This document shows positions 1-12,546 of a DNA stretch of 64,000 bases, piece after piece. Below the pieces are notes generated by a model that did no database searches, was not told the origin of the DNA, and saw only the letters and a list, made by a program, of their open reading frames with translations. The DNA comes from Hemiscyllium ocellatum (lineage: Eukaryota): the NCBI RefSeq assembly GCF_020745735.1, contig NC_083409.1:16988619-17052618 (forward strand), written 5' to 3'. The translations under genes and the position numbers were made by a program. The stretch's first letter is position 1; each line of letters begins with the position of its first letter.

Positions 1-2213
1 TCCAATGATGTGAATGCGTCAGTTTTGCGTCTGGCTGGGCATTTAATATCATGGTCTTAGTTTTAATGGATCCCGACTCGTGGTAATACAGTTTGCAATG
101 TTTCTCTCCCCTTTCATGTATTAAGAAGCTTGTAATGATGACGACAGTGCAACTTCAACACTGTGTGACGGAATGGGTAGCTGTTTGAATTCTCATCTCA
201 TTATCATCCAACTTTCAAAGAAAATGTTGTAGTCTCTGAAATTAGTCAGGTTTTATGCATATTGTGTTTGTATTTTACTTTTGGAATGACAATTTGTTGT
301 AACAATATTCTGTTCGGTTTTGTAGCTCAGCAGTTGTGTTTGTTCCCGAGATACTGAGAGTTTACACAACACTCCATTTGCCTGTGACCCAATTGTTGGT
401 TGAAGCTTCTGGTTGTTCCGTGAGTCCAAGCCATTGTCTTGCTCTCTGCAGTTATACCATCAACTTGGTTTCTCAGTGTGAGCCAGGAGATCACTGCGTG
501 GTGACTTCCTGTTCCACTGTCGGGGTAAAGGCAAGTGGGAACTGTTGAGGTTAATCCCATCATGAACATCAGAACATTGTATTCAGCTGGAACTACCTCC
601 ACTGACTCATTTCTTTGGCCACCATTGCAGTAAAAGCAAATCTCTCCCTTTGCCAGCACAAAGAGAAAGTGCCTGTCAGATTCCCTCGTGTGTGATGGTT
701 TAGCCCAATAGGAGCAACCCTAGTAAATCATGCTGTATCAGCCTGGACAGAATCCTGGGCAAACTCCAAATGAAACCATGACCTTTAGTAGATCTGCTGC
801 TACACAAAATATTGAATTGGAATCCTTGTTCCCGAATCACCTCGGCAAACCTAAATACAATTGAGAAAATAAAAACCAAACCCATTTCCCAAGGGCATAT
901 GTCACAACAAGAAAGTGGGGAGCAGACAGTTACTGTTCGCCTGTCTCTGCGGAGCGTCGCTTTTCCTGTCTCCGCTCTCCTTGCAGGATATCATTTTTAC
1001 CACCCTTTCTGTCTGAGAATATTACTGTTCCTGTCCCCACTCTCTTGAGGACAGGTTGGGGATGTCACAACCAACCAGTTTGTTAGTTCCATTTACTCTC
1101 ATGAAATGCGTAATCCCTGCTTCACTATGTGTGTGAGCCATGTGTGAAAACCCAGCACAGCCAACCCTTCACTTCAATCAGATCACAGGGTCCGAGGTTG
1201 GTCTGTACTATCTGGACCCAGACAAAAACACTGACTGACTGGATCACGACCAAGATAACCCAGATCAAGTCCCAGTGAGACTGCTGTTGACTTTCACCCT
1301 CAAATCCCACTCAGGAGGTGGTCATTAATCCCAGTGTTGTCATAGATAAAGTTCTCCCAGAGGTTCATGATTCATTCTAGATTTTACACAAGTGTGTGAT
1401 GTTGTCAGGCGACAGCTGGGAGACATGGAGATAAAATATAAAAGGAGACAGAATTATATTTATGCTATACGTTTCTTGAACTTGGGATGTTTGGAAATGT
1501 TTCACAGTCAATGGAATACTTCCAAAAACCAGACATTGTTGTGATGTGGGAACTGTGACTGCCTGGGCAAGGCAGATCTTTTCACAGCACCACCCAGAGA
1601 CTGGAGGCTGCTACTGCAGGCAGGCTCCAACCAGCTCTGCTGTGAGGGAAGGACACTGGAGCACACAAGGACATGGGAAATAGGAGCAGGAGGAAGCCTC
1701 CAATAGCTGTCCATCCTTTCTTAAATACAGGGACCAAAATTGCAAACAATACTCCAAATGCAGACTCACTAACACCCTCGATAGTTTTAATAGGATTTCT
1801 CTGTTTTTAAATTTCAACCCCCAGACAATAAAGGTGAAAATTCCATTTGCCTTCTCGATTCCTTGCTGCTCCTGCACTAACTGTCTGTGTTTCATGCACA
1901 ATACTACCCTGATCACTCTGTACTGCACTTTGTTGGAATCTCTCACTATTTAAATAATAGTCTGCCTTTAGGTTATTCTGACCCAAGTGTATGGTCTCAC
2001 ACTTTCTGACATTAAATTCCGTCCACTGTGTATTAGTGGTTCATTTCCAGTTTGGTCTTCTCTTTGTGATTGACTGTCTCAATGCATCTGTCTGTAGTGT
2101 GTCCCATTCCCATTTGTTGATGGCCCTGATACTTGATTGTCTAAACCTTTTCTGGTTCCATTCAGTGACAGGCAGGAGGTTGGAAGAACACAGCAAGGCA
2201 GGCAGCATCAGGT

Positions 2214-2240
2214 GATGTTTTGGGTGTAACCCTTCTTCAG
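2214..2240 (-). ncRNA. Decayed hammerhead motif in the Penelope pseudo-LTR
   Basis: Minus strand CTGAAGA-A-GGG-TTAC-ACCC-AAAA-CA-TC; GAAA has become AAAA and ACGT has become ACAT. Confidence 0.5.
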
Positions 2241-2335
2241 GAATGAGGTTAGGTGTAGAGGAAGCAGATAAAGGGGGGTAGTGGGGACAGGATGATGAAG
2301 TGGGGATAGGTGATGACAGGTAGATGGAGCCTTTC

Positions 2336-2363
2336 CTGAAGAAGGGCTTATGTCCGAAACGTC
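2336..2363 (+). ncRNA. Minimal hammerhead ribozyme motif (Penelope type)
   Basis: CTGAAGA-A-GGGC-TTAT-GTCC-GAAA-CG-TC: complete catalytic core, helix II with one G-U pair, palindromic ACGT in place of helix III. Confidence 0.7.
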
Positions 2364-5030
2364 AAATCTCCTGTTCCCTGGATGCTGCCTGACCTGCTGC
2401 GCTTTTTCAGCAACACATTTTCAGCTCTGATCTCCAGCATCTGCAGACCTCACTTTCTCCTGGTCAATGGGAGGAATGAATCTGGTAGGTGGCAGGCAGG
2501 AGTGGAAGGGAGGGAGAGGGGCTGGGAAAGGAGTCAGGGGAAGGGAAGAGTGGTTATTTGAAATTGGAGAACTTAATGTTGAGTCATCTGGGCTGTAGGC
2601 TGCCCAGATGGAAGATGAGGTATTGTTCCTCCAATTTGTGGTTTGGTTCATTGTGGCAATGGAGGAGGCTGATGATGGTCATGTCGGAAAGGGAATGGGA
2701 AGGGGAATTGAAATGGGCGGGGACTGAGAGGTCTGGTCGGCCCCTGCTAGCCTGGCTGAGATGCTCGGTGAAACATCCCCTAAGATTATATTTTGTCTTC
2801 CCAATATAGAGAAGACCACATCGTGGGCACCTGATGCAGTGAAATAGTTTGGAGGAAAGGCAATGTCTCACCTGGAAGGACTGTTTGGGGCCCTGGATGG
2901 AGGGGAAGGATTGGTGTAACAGCAGTCTTTGCATCTTTTTGCGTTGCAGGGGAAGGTTCCTGGGGTTCAGGAGGGTAGGTGGGCAAGTGGCACAAACCAC
3001 GAAATTGTCAAAGGGAACAGTCCTTGTGGAAGGCAGCCAGGGGTGGGGAGAGGAAGATGTTCTTGGTGGTCAGTCTAGTTGGAGTTGGTGGAAGCGTTTA
3101 AGGATGATGCGTTAATTGGTACAGGGATTGGTAATAGTTGAGGACAATGGGGACTCTGAGTTTATTGTGTTTGGAGGGGGTGGGTTCAGAGCAATGGAAC
3201 GGGAAATGGAGGTAGTGCAGTGGATGACAGAAGGATGACAGAAGGAGGAAAAGCATGTTGTTCATAAGAGGTGGACATCTGTGATCAGCGAAATGTCTCC
3301 TCATCCGAGCAGTTGGAGTGGAGGCAGAGGAATTGGGAGAATGGGATGGAGTTCTTGCAGTATACTGGTTGGGAGAAGGTGTAGCCCAGGTAGGATTGGG
3401 AGTCAGTGGGTGTGTATTAACTGCCTGTTTGAAGATTATCGCCAGAATTGGAAATGGAGAGGTGAAGAAAAGGCAGGGAGGTGTCTGAGATGGATGAAGT
3501 GAAGTAGAGGACAGGGTGGAAGTTGTGGGGAAAGTCAATGAACTGCTCCAGTTCAGCCTGGATGCAGGATGCTGCACCGATATAGTCACTGATGTAATGG
3601 CACAGTGCCTGTATAGTCACTGAAGAGGGACTGGTCGACATTGCTCAACCGGGTGCCCATGGCCACCCCCTGGACCAGTTTGACAAGGCGGAGGAGGGTA
3701 TTGGTGGACCGGGATTGGATGGGTCTGTGGCAGTGGGAAAGGTGTTGGGCCTGGAGGCCATCCTTGTGGGGTATGGACATATGTAAGGACTGCACATCCA
3801 TCATAGAGATAAAGCACTTAGGGCTGAGGAACTGGAGGTTACTGAAGAGATGGAAGGCATGGTTGGTGTAGCCGATGTAGGTGGGCAGTGCCTGAACCAA
3901 GGAGGAGAGTTGAGGTAGGATGAGAGGAGTTCGGTGGGGCAGGGGCATGCTGAGACGATGGGTCAACCAGGTAGTTGGGCTTGTGGATTTTGGGGAGCAG
4001 GGAGAACTGGGCAATGCAGGGCTGAGGGACTATGAGAGACAGTGGAGGGGAGATCACTGGAGGCAATGAGGTCACTGACAGTGTGAGTGATTTTGGCCTG
4101 ATGGGTCACAGCGGGGTTATGGGCAAGGGGGAGGTAGAACGTGGTGTCTAAGAGTTGGGGTTCGGCCTCTGTGACTTTTAGGTCTGTTCTCCAGACTAAC
4201 ACCACGCCACATTTGTCAGCGGGTTTGTTGGTGAAACAGGGGTTGGCACAGAGAGAGTGGAGTGCTCGATCAGAGGGGGTGTGGTTGGAATGGGTGGGGG
4301 GGAGAAATCCAGGCGGGTGATGGCACATCAACAGTCAGCAATGAAGAGGTCTCGAGTGTGTACACGGCTGGTGGTGGGGGGTGTGGGGGGGAGGGTGACC
4401 AAATGTAGGAGTAAGGTTGGAGATGGGAGGAGGGTTCCTCAGAGGGAGTTTGGGAGTTTTTGTTAAAGAAGAAGATACGAAGGTAGAGGCGGCGGAAGAA
4501 GAGCTCCACGTGGTGGTGGGTGTGGATTTCATTGAGGTGGGGTCGGGCGGGAATGACTGTGAGCCCTTTCCTGAGGATGGATCTTTTGGCCTCAGACAGT
4601 TTGAGGTCAGGGCGGTATAGTAAATATGGGGCAAAGCTCAGGGTTGAGGTTTTCGGGGGGGGGGCCCAAGTTGGCTGAAGGAGGGGAGGGGGGAAGGGTG
4701 ATGGCATGCAGTGGGTGAGGGTTGGTTGTGGTGTAGCACGGGGGAATGGGTGTTGGAGAGAAAGGAGATTGGGGCGGAGGTGGGCTGTGGAGTGAGGTGG
4801 GGGAGTGGGAAGGTGGGGATGAGGTGAAGAGGGAGAAGTGGAGGGATAGGGTGCATTGAGGGGGTGGATGGGTGAGGAGGGAGAGCGAGTGTGCTGGCTG
4901 GCTGCAGGTAGGCAGTTGGACTCAGGGTGACTGTGGGAAATGCAGTCTGAGTCTTGGTTGCAGAGTGGGAGGGGCCTGAATTGTAGGCAGAGGTTGGAGC
5001 GAAGTCAAGGCCAGTCTGAGTGTTTTGACT

Positions 5031-5302
5031 CAGGTTCAATTCCAGCCTCAGGCAAATGTCTGTGTGGAGTGTGTACATTCTCCAAATGTCTGCGTAGGTT
5101 TCCTCTGGGTGCTCTGGTTTCCTCCCACATTCTAAAGACATGCAGGTTAAGTGAATTGGCTGTGCTATGTTGCCCATAGTGATCAGGGATGTGTAGGTTA
5201 GGTTCATTAGTCAGGGCAAAAGTAGAGTAATGGGATAGGAGATTGGGTCTTGGGTGGGTTACTCTTCCAAGGATAAGTGTGGACTTGTTGGGCCAAACGG
5301 CC
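5031..5302 (+). mobile_element. HE1-like tRNA-derived SINE (5'-truncated)
   Basis: ggttcaattccagcctcagg...gtgtggag...tctgcgtaggtttcctctgggtgctctggtttcctcccaca...gtggacttgttgggcc; same family as the other copies in the window. Confidence 0.75.
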
Positions 5303-6698
5303 TTCCCACCACCCGCTGAGTGAAAACATTCTTCCCCAAATCTTATTTGTGGTGCCCATGATGAAATATTTCAAACCATTCATTTTGTCTCGTGTCGTTT
5401 AGCTCTTGGGCTCCTTGTTCAATAAATGGTTTATTCTTTTTGATAAAATATGAGTTCCCTGACAGGGACAGTTAACTTTGTCCAATCAAGGAGTCCTGGC
5501 GGACAGATAAAAAGAGGAGTGTCTTAATCCCTGCCCTCCCCTTCACTGTTTGATCACACAACATTGCCCTTTGATGTGAAGTGCACTGCTTGTCACTGGC
5601 CACGCGGGTGTTTTCCTATCTTCCTGGTGGTGGAAATTGAATAAAGATTCGGGCGCTTTGTGTCTCTCACTGTGTCTCACACCTACACACACACACACCA
5701 TGGGTGCTGGGGAAAAAAATAAGCTCCCCTGCATTCGGCGGTAGTGTGGGGGTGAAATAAAACAGGCATGTTAGGGGTTCTGAACATTCTGAGAGCTGGC
5801 TCTGAGGGAGCTGGATCAGTGTCAAGGACTCTCCACATGTAAGTAAGAAAAAAAGAAGAAAAAAAGAAAAAAGAGGAGTGTCAGAAGGACTGAAACTCTG
5901 GTACCTGACTCTGAATAACAACCTGCCAACCAACCCCCTCCTTCTGTCACCCTCAATCTCCCCATGCTTACTCTTGTTTCACCTTCGATCCAGCCTGTGT
6001 TGCCTTTGGGAGAGGTTGGTCTTCCCTCCATCACCCAGGAATCTGGTCATTATCCCAGAGCAGTCACACTTTTAACCTAAGGGTCAACACAGCTGTAGCA
6101 GGGGGAGAGAAGGTGGCACCTTCATGGTGGTCATACCTGTCATTAATCCACCACAACCTCTCTTGGGGCTGTATGAATTCAACCTCCCTCCCTCAGACAG
6201 CTCCCCTCCCTGGAAGGTAATATTGCTGCACCTAGTTTTGGGTTAATTAACCACTGAAATATGACTATGGGGAGCCAGCATTGGCTGGGCAGGCAGCCAC
6301 AACTCCTCTGGCCCTGGATTCATAAAATCTCCTCGGAATTGATCAACACATTTGGGAGCACAGTGCCCACTGCCTCTGAAATCTCTCCCTTCCTGAGAAT
6401 ACACTCTCAGTATTCACCTTTTTCAGCTGCTATCTGAATTTGCTATAAATTCTGTGCCCAGTGATCCTGCCCTTCCAGCTACCTAATGAAGGGCAGCACT
6501 CCGAATGCTTTTACTTCCAAATAAACCTGTTGACTATTATCTGGTGTTGTGTGTTTTTTAACTTTGGCCATCTGAATGAGCTGCCTCTCAGACTGAATCA
6601 GCTGAGCTGTTTTTCACTCATGATTTGAGAAGATTAAAGCCAAATCTTCAATCCCCAGCACAAAGCCCATTCTCAATCCATCGCTCGGAGACACAGAC

Positions 6699-6998
6699 CT
6701 CAGAGAGACGCCTACAGGCAGCACAGAGTAACACACTCACACTGAGAGAGACACCTACAGGCAGCACAGAGTAACACACTCACATTGAGAGAGACACCTA
6801 CAGGCAGCACAGAGTAACACACTCACACTGAGAGAGACACCTTCAGGCAGCACTAAGTAACACACTCACACTCCATGCTGCGGATCGGTGTCTCACCGAA
6901 TGTGGGTGTGTTACTGAGCGCTGTCTGTGGTGTGTCTCTGAGTAACACAGCCACACTCAGAGAGACATCTATAGGCAGTATTGAGTTAAACACTCACA
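6699..6998. repeat. 43-bp minisatellite: four direct units, one inverted unit, one further direct unit
   Basis: Unit ctgagagagacacctacaggcagcacagagtaacacactcaca at 6699, 6742, 6785 and 6828; reverse-complement unit at 6901-6942; degenerate direct unit at 6956-6998. Confidence 0.9.
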
Positions 6999-7722
6999 CT
7001 CAGAGAGGCACACAGCCAACAATGTCTGTGATTGGCCGAAGATTATTTCAGGGGCTATCCGACATGCAGCAGAGATTGCACAGTTCGATCCCATCAGCTG
7101 GGCATGTACCAACAGAGTGAAGAGGGAATGCATCAGATTGCACTTACTGAGTCCCAACAACTTTCAGTTTCTGTTCTTTTTGGAATCTACATAAATTCCT
7201 GATTAAAGGGATCATTTGAAAATGATTGATGATTGTAATTGATTGACAGGCCAAGTAACCAATTGTGACAATGACCTGCTGAAATACAGCCAATCAACTG
7301 AGAGATGGGGGAGGAGGAAGTCAGTTATTTCCAAAGCACACGGAGACAGAGACTGAATTTTCACCTTTATTCCCTTTTCCACATTCACATTCACAGAAAA
7401 AGAAACAACTGCAATTAACAGCCAAGACAGAGGAAGCTGCTCAAATTCATAGCCACAATGGAGCTTGAGGAAAACACTTGGAGAGATTTTCTCAATAACA
7501 TGAGAATCCTGTCCCTTTAAACAGTGACAAAACCTTAAACTGGAACTGGCAGCTGAGCAGGAAGGAGATCTGGTTTACTGAAGCAGAGACTTCTGAGGTT
7601 CACATTGTTTTGTGCAGCTAACATAACAAGGCAATCCTGTCCCCATCAAACATTCCCAGGACAAGGACAGTATGGGGTTTGACACAGTGTAAAGCTCTCT
7701 TGACACTGTCGCGATGACCTGC

Positions 7723-7728
7723 TTTAAT
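7723..7728 (-). terminator. Putative polyadenylation signal (ATTAAA) of cluster 1 mRNA
   Basis: tttaat on plus = ATTAAA on minus, about 140 nt downstream of the C1 stop codon. Confidence 0.55.
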
Positions 7729-7867
7729 ATCCAAACCTCAGAAGTTTCTCTGAGCAATCCTGAGAAGGAAGAGAGTTGAAATTCAGTGCTGACAATGACC
7801 TTTGACCTGCCAGCTCAGCCCTGTTCTATTTAAAGTTGTGTCTCCTCTGTGGACTGTCTCCAACACT

Positions 7868-8196
7868 CTACACACATTCTGATCTCCTGATGCTCTTGCT
7901 GAGGGGAGAGGGGAGGGTCACATGGGTGAGGGCACAGGAGAAGCGAGCATTGGACTCCCAGTCAGACCCAGAGAGGGTCAGCAGGCTGCTGACACTGTAG
8001 GTGCTGTCCGAAGCTCGCAGGTAGTTGCTGGTCTGAACCCCGTCCGAAATGACTGCACCGTCCTTCTTCCACTGCACCTCCAGCTCATCGGGATAGAAGT
8101 GATTGGCAAGGCACACCAGGGTGGCAGTGCCCTTGGCATTGACCTGCTCCGGGGAGGGGGGCAGCAGGGTCAGCTTGGGCTGAGAGTTCTCACGGC
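7868..8196 (-). CDS. IGKC: Ig kappa-type light-chain constant exon, cluster 1 (intact)
   Basis: Acceptor tttctcttgtctttcag, phase 1. Translates (S)RENSQPKLTLLPPSPEQVNAKGTATLVCLANHFYPDELEVQWKKDG...FSCALTHVTLPSPLSKSIRRSECV-stop; C1-set Cys/Trp/Cys plus the C-terminal interchain Cys; resembles nurse shark NS4 C. Confidence 0.97.
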
Positions 8197-9249
8197 CTGA
8201 AAGACAAGAGAAACAATTTTAATTCCTGCCACTGGAAGGGAATTCAACCATAATCTGGCCATACAATCTTTTTGAACATTTGTCGTCAATACAGAATAAA
8301 CCCAACAAATGACCAAGCATTGTTCACATTGCTTCTTGGGATGTGGGTGTCACTGGCAGGGCCAACATTTATTACCCATCGCTAATTGCCCCTGAGAAGG
8401 TGATGGTGAAGTAGCATAGAGAGAAGGGACAGTTTCTGGGCAGCTGGAAGGGCTGTCAATGGGGGAGCATTTTCGTGACAGTGATCAGATCTCAGTGAGA
8501 TTGAGAGTAGGGATGGAAATGGAGAACCATGGAGCAAGTGTAAAAGTTTTCATTTTACTAAACTGTGCGGTGCTTTGGTAAAAGTGGATCGGAACCAATG
8601 GCATGATGGGAAATCAGTGTCAGGGCAGTAGGAGCCCTCGAAGGATGAGACAGACTGTTCAGAATCTGGTCCCACAATTAGTAAGGGTGTGGCTTCCAGA
8701 TCTAGACCAAATGAACAAGAGGATTGGGGTTCACATACTGACATGGATTGGGAACTGGTTGGCAGACAGGACAGAAAGAATGAGTCTTTTTCTGAATGAC
8801 AGGTAGTTACACAGTGGTCAGTCCTTGGTACTCAGTTATTCTTAAAGTATAATAATAGAATCATTGAGTCAGAGAGACCCAAAAGGCCCATCAGCCCATT
8901 GTGTCCATACTGGTCAAAAAACAACAACCCAATAATTCTCATCCATTTTACCAGCATGAGGGAATTAGATGCGGTATGTGTTCAATAAGGAATTAGATGT
9001 AGTTCTTCGGACTAAAGGGATCAAAGGATGTGGGGAGAAAGCAGGAACAGGGGACTGTGTTGGATAATCAGCCATGATCATATTGAATGGTGGAGCAGGC
9101 TTGGGGGCCGAATGGCCTACGGTTGCTCGTAGTTTGGATGTTTCTATCTGTATCTCAGATAATGAAGGAATTTGAAGCTGCAAGTCATGTGGAGGTGAAA
9201 GATGTGGCCATGGTGTTTAATGCAGGTCAGTGAGGTGGTAAGAAGACAC

Positions 9250-9606
9250 ATGGGATAAACTGTTCTTCATTTTCCCTTGATGGAATGAGGGCAATTGCTG
9301 GATCGGCAGCATTTATTGTCCATCGCTAATCACCCAAAGGGCAGTTTAGAGTCACCCACATTGCTGTGGGTCTGGGGTCACATGGTAAGGATGGCAGTTT
9401 CTTTCCCGAAAGGACATTAGGGAATCAGATGCCGTTTTCCTGACAATCAAAGATGCTTTCGTGCTCGTCATTAGACTCTTAATTCCAGATTTTTTTGATT
9501 GAATTTGAATGCCACCATCTGCTGGATTCTAACCCTGGTCCCCAGAACATTACCTGGATCTCTGGATTAACAGCTCAGCAATAACACCATTAGACCATCA
9601 CCTCCC
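9250..9606 (-). mobile_element. SacSINE1/DeuSINE-like SINE shared by both arms (paralog about 61724-62050, plus)
   Basis: Minus-strand head gggaggtgatggtctaatggtgttattgctgagctgttaatccagag...gggttagaatcc (tRNA-like), followed by aataaa/aatctggaatt-type body. Confidence 0.65.
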
Positions 9607-11564
9607 TTATCTCATTTTTGGTTGACTGTGAAAGCAAGGAGTTTGTTTATTCTGGAACTGTACAAAACCCCAGTTAGAGCACAGTGAGAGAACTGTGTAC
9701 GGTTCTGGTCACCACATTACAGAAGGATGTGATCTCTTGAGAGACCAGGACAGAGGAAGAGTTTGTCTGGAATGGGAACTTTGAGTTTTGAGGAATGTTT
9801 GGATTGGCTGGGAGTGTTTTCGTTGGAACAGAGGAGGCTGAGGGGAGATTTGATGGTGGTGTGTAAAATGATGAGGGGCCTGGACAGAGTGGGTAGGAAG
9901 GACTGATTTCCACCAGCACAGAGGGCAATAACCATGGGGAGAGATTGAAATCAGTTGGGGGCAGGATTAGAGGGGAGTTAAGGACATTTGTTTTCACCCA
10001 GAGGCTGGTGGGATGTGGGACTCACAGCCTGAAAGGGTGGGAGAGGCAGAAACCCTCATCACTTTGAAAAAACACTTGGGTATTCACTTCAAACAGCAAA
10101 ACCTCCAGAGCTATGGAGTAAGAGCTGGAAAGTGGGATGGATCTTGATACTTCTTTAACAAACCTCCGATCACCCACAGATCAGGAGAAATTTATCCGAG
10201 AACTTTGGAGCAAACTCGGATCCACACACTTCGGGAATGAGTCACATTGGGGTGTCTGTGTAGAAGGTTCTAGATTACATTTCAAACCTTGCTGCACACT
10301 GCTGGGCTGAGGTCAAGGGTGAGGCTGCAAAGAGTCTCAGTGTCCTTTGGGTCACTGCTCCTAATGACCCCATGCCCCCGGAAGGTGAGAGTGCACAGAC
10401 AATGGGTGAGTGTTCGGATCAGGAGACTTCAAACTTAAAGAAAGACTTGCATTTGTGAAGCACCTGTCCCCAAATCAAGATGTCCCAATGGATCTTTCCT
10501 GCAGACTGTGCACAGCGAGATCCCAAACACAATATGATAAAAAGAAGAGAAACAGATTTTCATTGATTTTGACTGGGGGATAAATATTGATTAGGGACAC
10601 CAGGGGGAACTGCCTGCTCTTCATCCAAAAGTCCATGGAATGGCATCTTTCACAACTGGAAGACTCTCAGTTCATCCAAAAAAAAAGAATAGTTCACTGG
10701 AAGTGAGGTTGCAGGTAGGTGGTGGGGGTGGCGGGGGGGGGGGGTGACAATGTCATTTGGTTTGCTTTCTTTTATTGGTCAGTGCATTGAGTATTGGAGT
10801 TGGGAGCTCTTGTGGCTGACAGACATTGGTTAGGGCACTTTTGGAATACTGTGTGTAATTCTGGTCTCCCTGCTGGAGGAAAAATGTTGTGAACCTTAAA
10901 ATGGTTCAGAAAAGATTTACAAGGATGTTGCCAAGGTTGGAGGGTTTGAGCTATCGGGAGAGGCTGAATAGGCTGAGGCTGTTTTCCCTGGATCATTGCA
11001 GGTTGATGGGTGACCGTATGGAGGTTTATAAAATCATGAGCAGCATAGATAGGGTGAATAGAGAAGATCTTTTCTCCAGAGTGGGGGAGTCCAGAACTGG
11101 AGGGCATAGGTTGAAGGTGACAGGGGAAAGATTTAAAAGGGACCTAAAGAACAACGTTTTCATTCAGATGGTGTTAAATGTATGAAATGGGCTGCCAGAA
11201 GAAGTGGTGAAGGCTGGTATGATTAAAACATTTAAAAGGCATGGATATGTAAATCAGAAAAGTTTAGAGCATATGGGCATCAATCCAGCCCTTAACATTT
11301 CAGGCTCTTCCAAAGACATTTACAGACAGTTTTGTTTGACAAGGAGTCACTGTTGCAATGTCAGGAAGGTGGCAGCCAGTTTCTACACAGCAGGATTCAA
11401 GTAGAAGCAAGAGATCAAAGAGCAATAATGAGAAATATTGGCCTGATTAGATTCCCTCCAGTGTGGAAACAGGCAGTTCAGCCTGACAAGTCCACACCAA
11501 CCCTCCAAACAGCAGCCCACCCAGAAACATTCCATACATTTACTCCTGACTATTTCATCTAACA

Positions 11565-11762
11565 CTGTAGGCAATTTAGAATGGCCAATTCACCTGGCCT
11601 GCACATCTTTGGACAGTGGGAGTAAACCAGAGCACCTGGGGGAAACCCACACAGACACAGGGACAATGTGCAAACACCACACAGACAGTTTCCCAAGGCA
11701 GGAATTGAACCCGTATCCTTGGCGCTGTGAGGTAGCGGTGCGAACCACTGAGCCACCATGCC
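11565..11762 (-). mobile_element. HE1-like SINE, cluster 1 J-C intron
   Basis: Reverse complement of catggtggctcagtggttcgcaccgctacctcacagcgccaaggatacgggttcaattcc... Confidence 0.85.
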
Positions 11763-12546
11763 TGAGGTCAATCGACACATAAAGTAATTTGGTTCAGTTG
11801 GATGGAAAATGAGAAAACAGAAGGTGAAGGAGAAGGTCGATTGCTGGTTAGCGGTGGGATTGATTGTTACCAGAAAATAAAAGATGGGGACGGATTTTTT
11901 GAATATCAAAGGAACTAAAGAAGTGCAGGGAAAATCAATAATAAAATAAATTTAAAGAGTTTGTAACTAAATGCACAAAGCATTCCGAATAAGGTAGACA
12001 AAGTGACGCAATAAATCAAGGTAAATTGAGTGTCCAAGGAATTAAACTAGTTAAAGTGGAGGAGGGCTCAGGAGAGGTTATTCAAGTTTCTAGAAGACAA
12101 CCTAGGACAGAGAGTACAGAAAGGAACAAGAGTCGAACTTCAAGCACAGTAGATAAGAGGACAATGATGAGAAGGAGGGCAGTCAATGCAGGACTGAGGG
12201 TGTTGTACTTAAATGCACACAGTATACACAATGAGCTTGTAGTGCAGATTGAAACTGGTAGGTACGATGTTGTGGGTATCACAGAGACATGGCTGTAAGG
12301 GGGTCTGGGCTGGGAACTAAATATCCAAGGATCCATGTCCTATCAAAAGGACAGGCAGATGGGCAGAGGGGCAAGAGTTGCCTTGTTAGTGTGAAATAAA
12401 ATTCAATCAATAGCAAGAAGTCAGAAGGTGTAGAATCTGTGTGGGTAGAGCTGAGGAACCACAATAAAGAATCTGATGCAAGTTATGTCCAGGTCTCCAA
12501 GCAGTAATCAGGGTGTGGGGAAGGAAATCAATCAGGAGACAGAAAA

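Larger units (their letters stand above)
2170..4930 (-). mobile_element. Degenerate Penelope-like retroelement (RT + GIY-YIG endonuclease) with pseudo-LTR-like 3' end
   Basis: Frameshifted ORF pieces: N-terminal LSEAKRSILRKGLTVIP...FFRRLYLR (4270-4707); RT motifs FISMMDVQSLHMSIPH and QGVAMGT (3586-4014) and YISDYIG (decayed YIDD, 3417-3641); GIY-YIG CPRCGLLYIGKTK...EH (2584-3000). Boundaries approximate. Confidence 0.85.

Noticed and set aside
1184-1230. CACAGGG...ACAAAAACA as a kappa-deleting-element-like RSS
   Set aside because: The spacer is 31 nt, fitting neither 12 nor 23.
1-2000. Short ORFs such as 327-659 and 812-1048
   Set aside because: No recognisable domains or exon structure; 1611-1946 is a CR1 fragment.
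6699-6870. CRISPR-like array
   Set aside because: Tandem units without unique spacers in a eukaryotic context.
7922-8200. 92-aa ORF with a twin at 63374-63652
   Set aside because: Antisense frame of the C exons.
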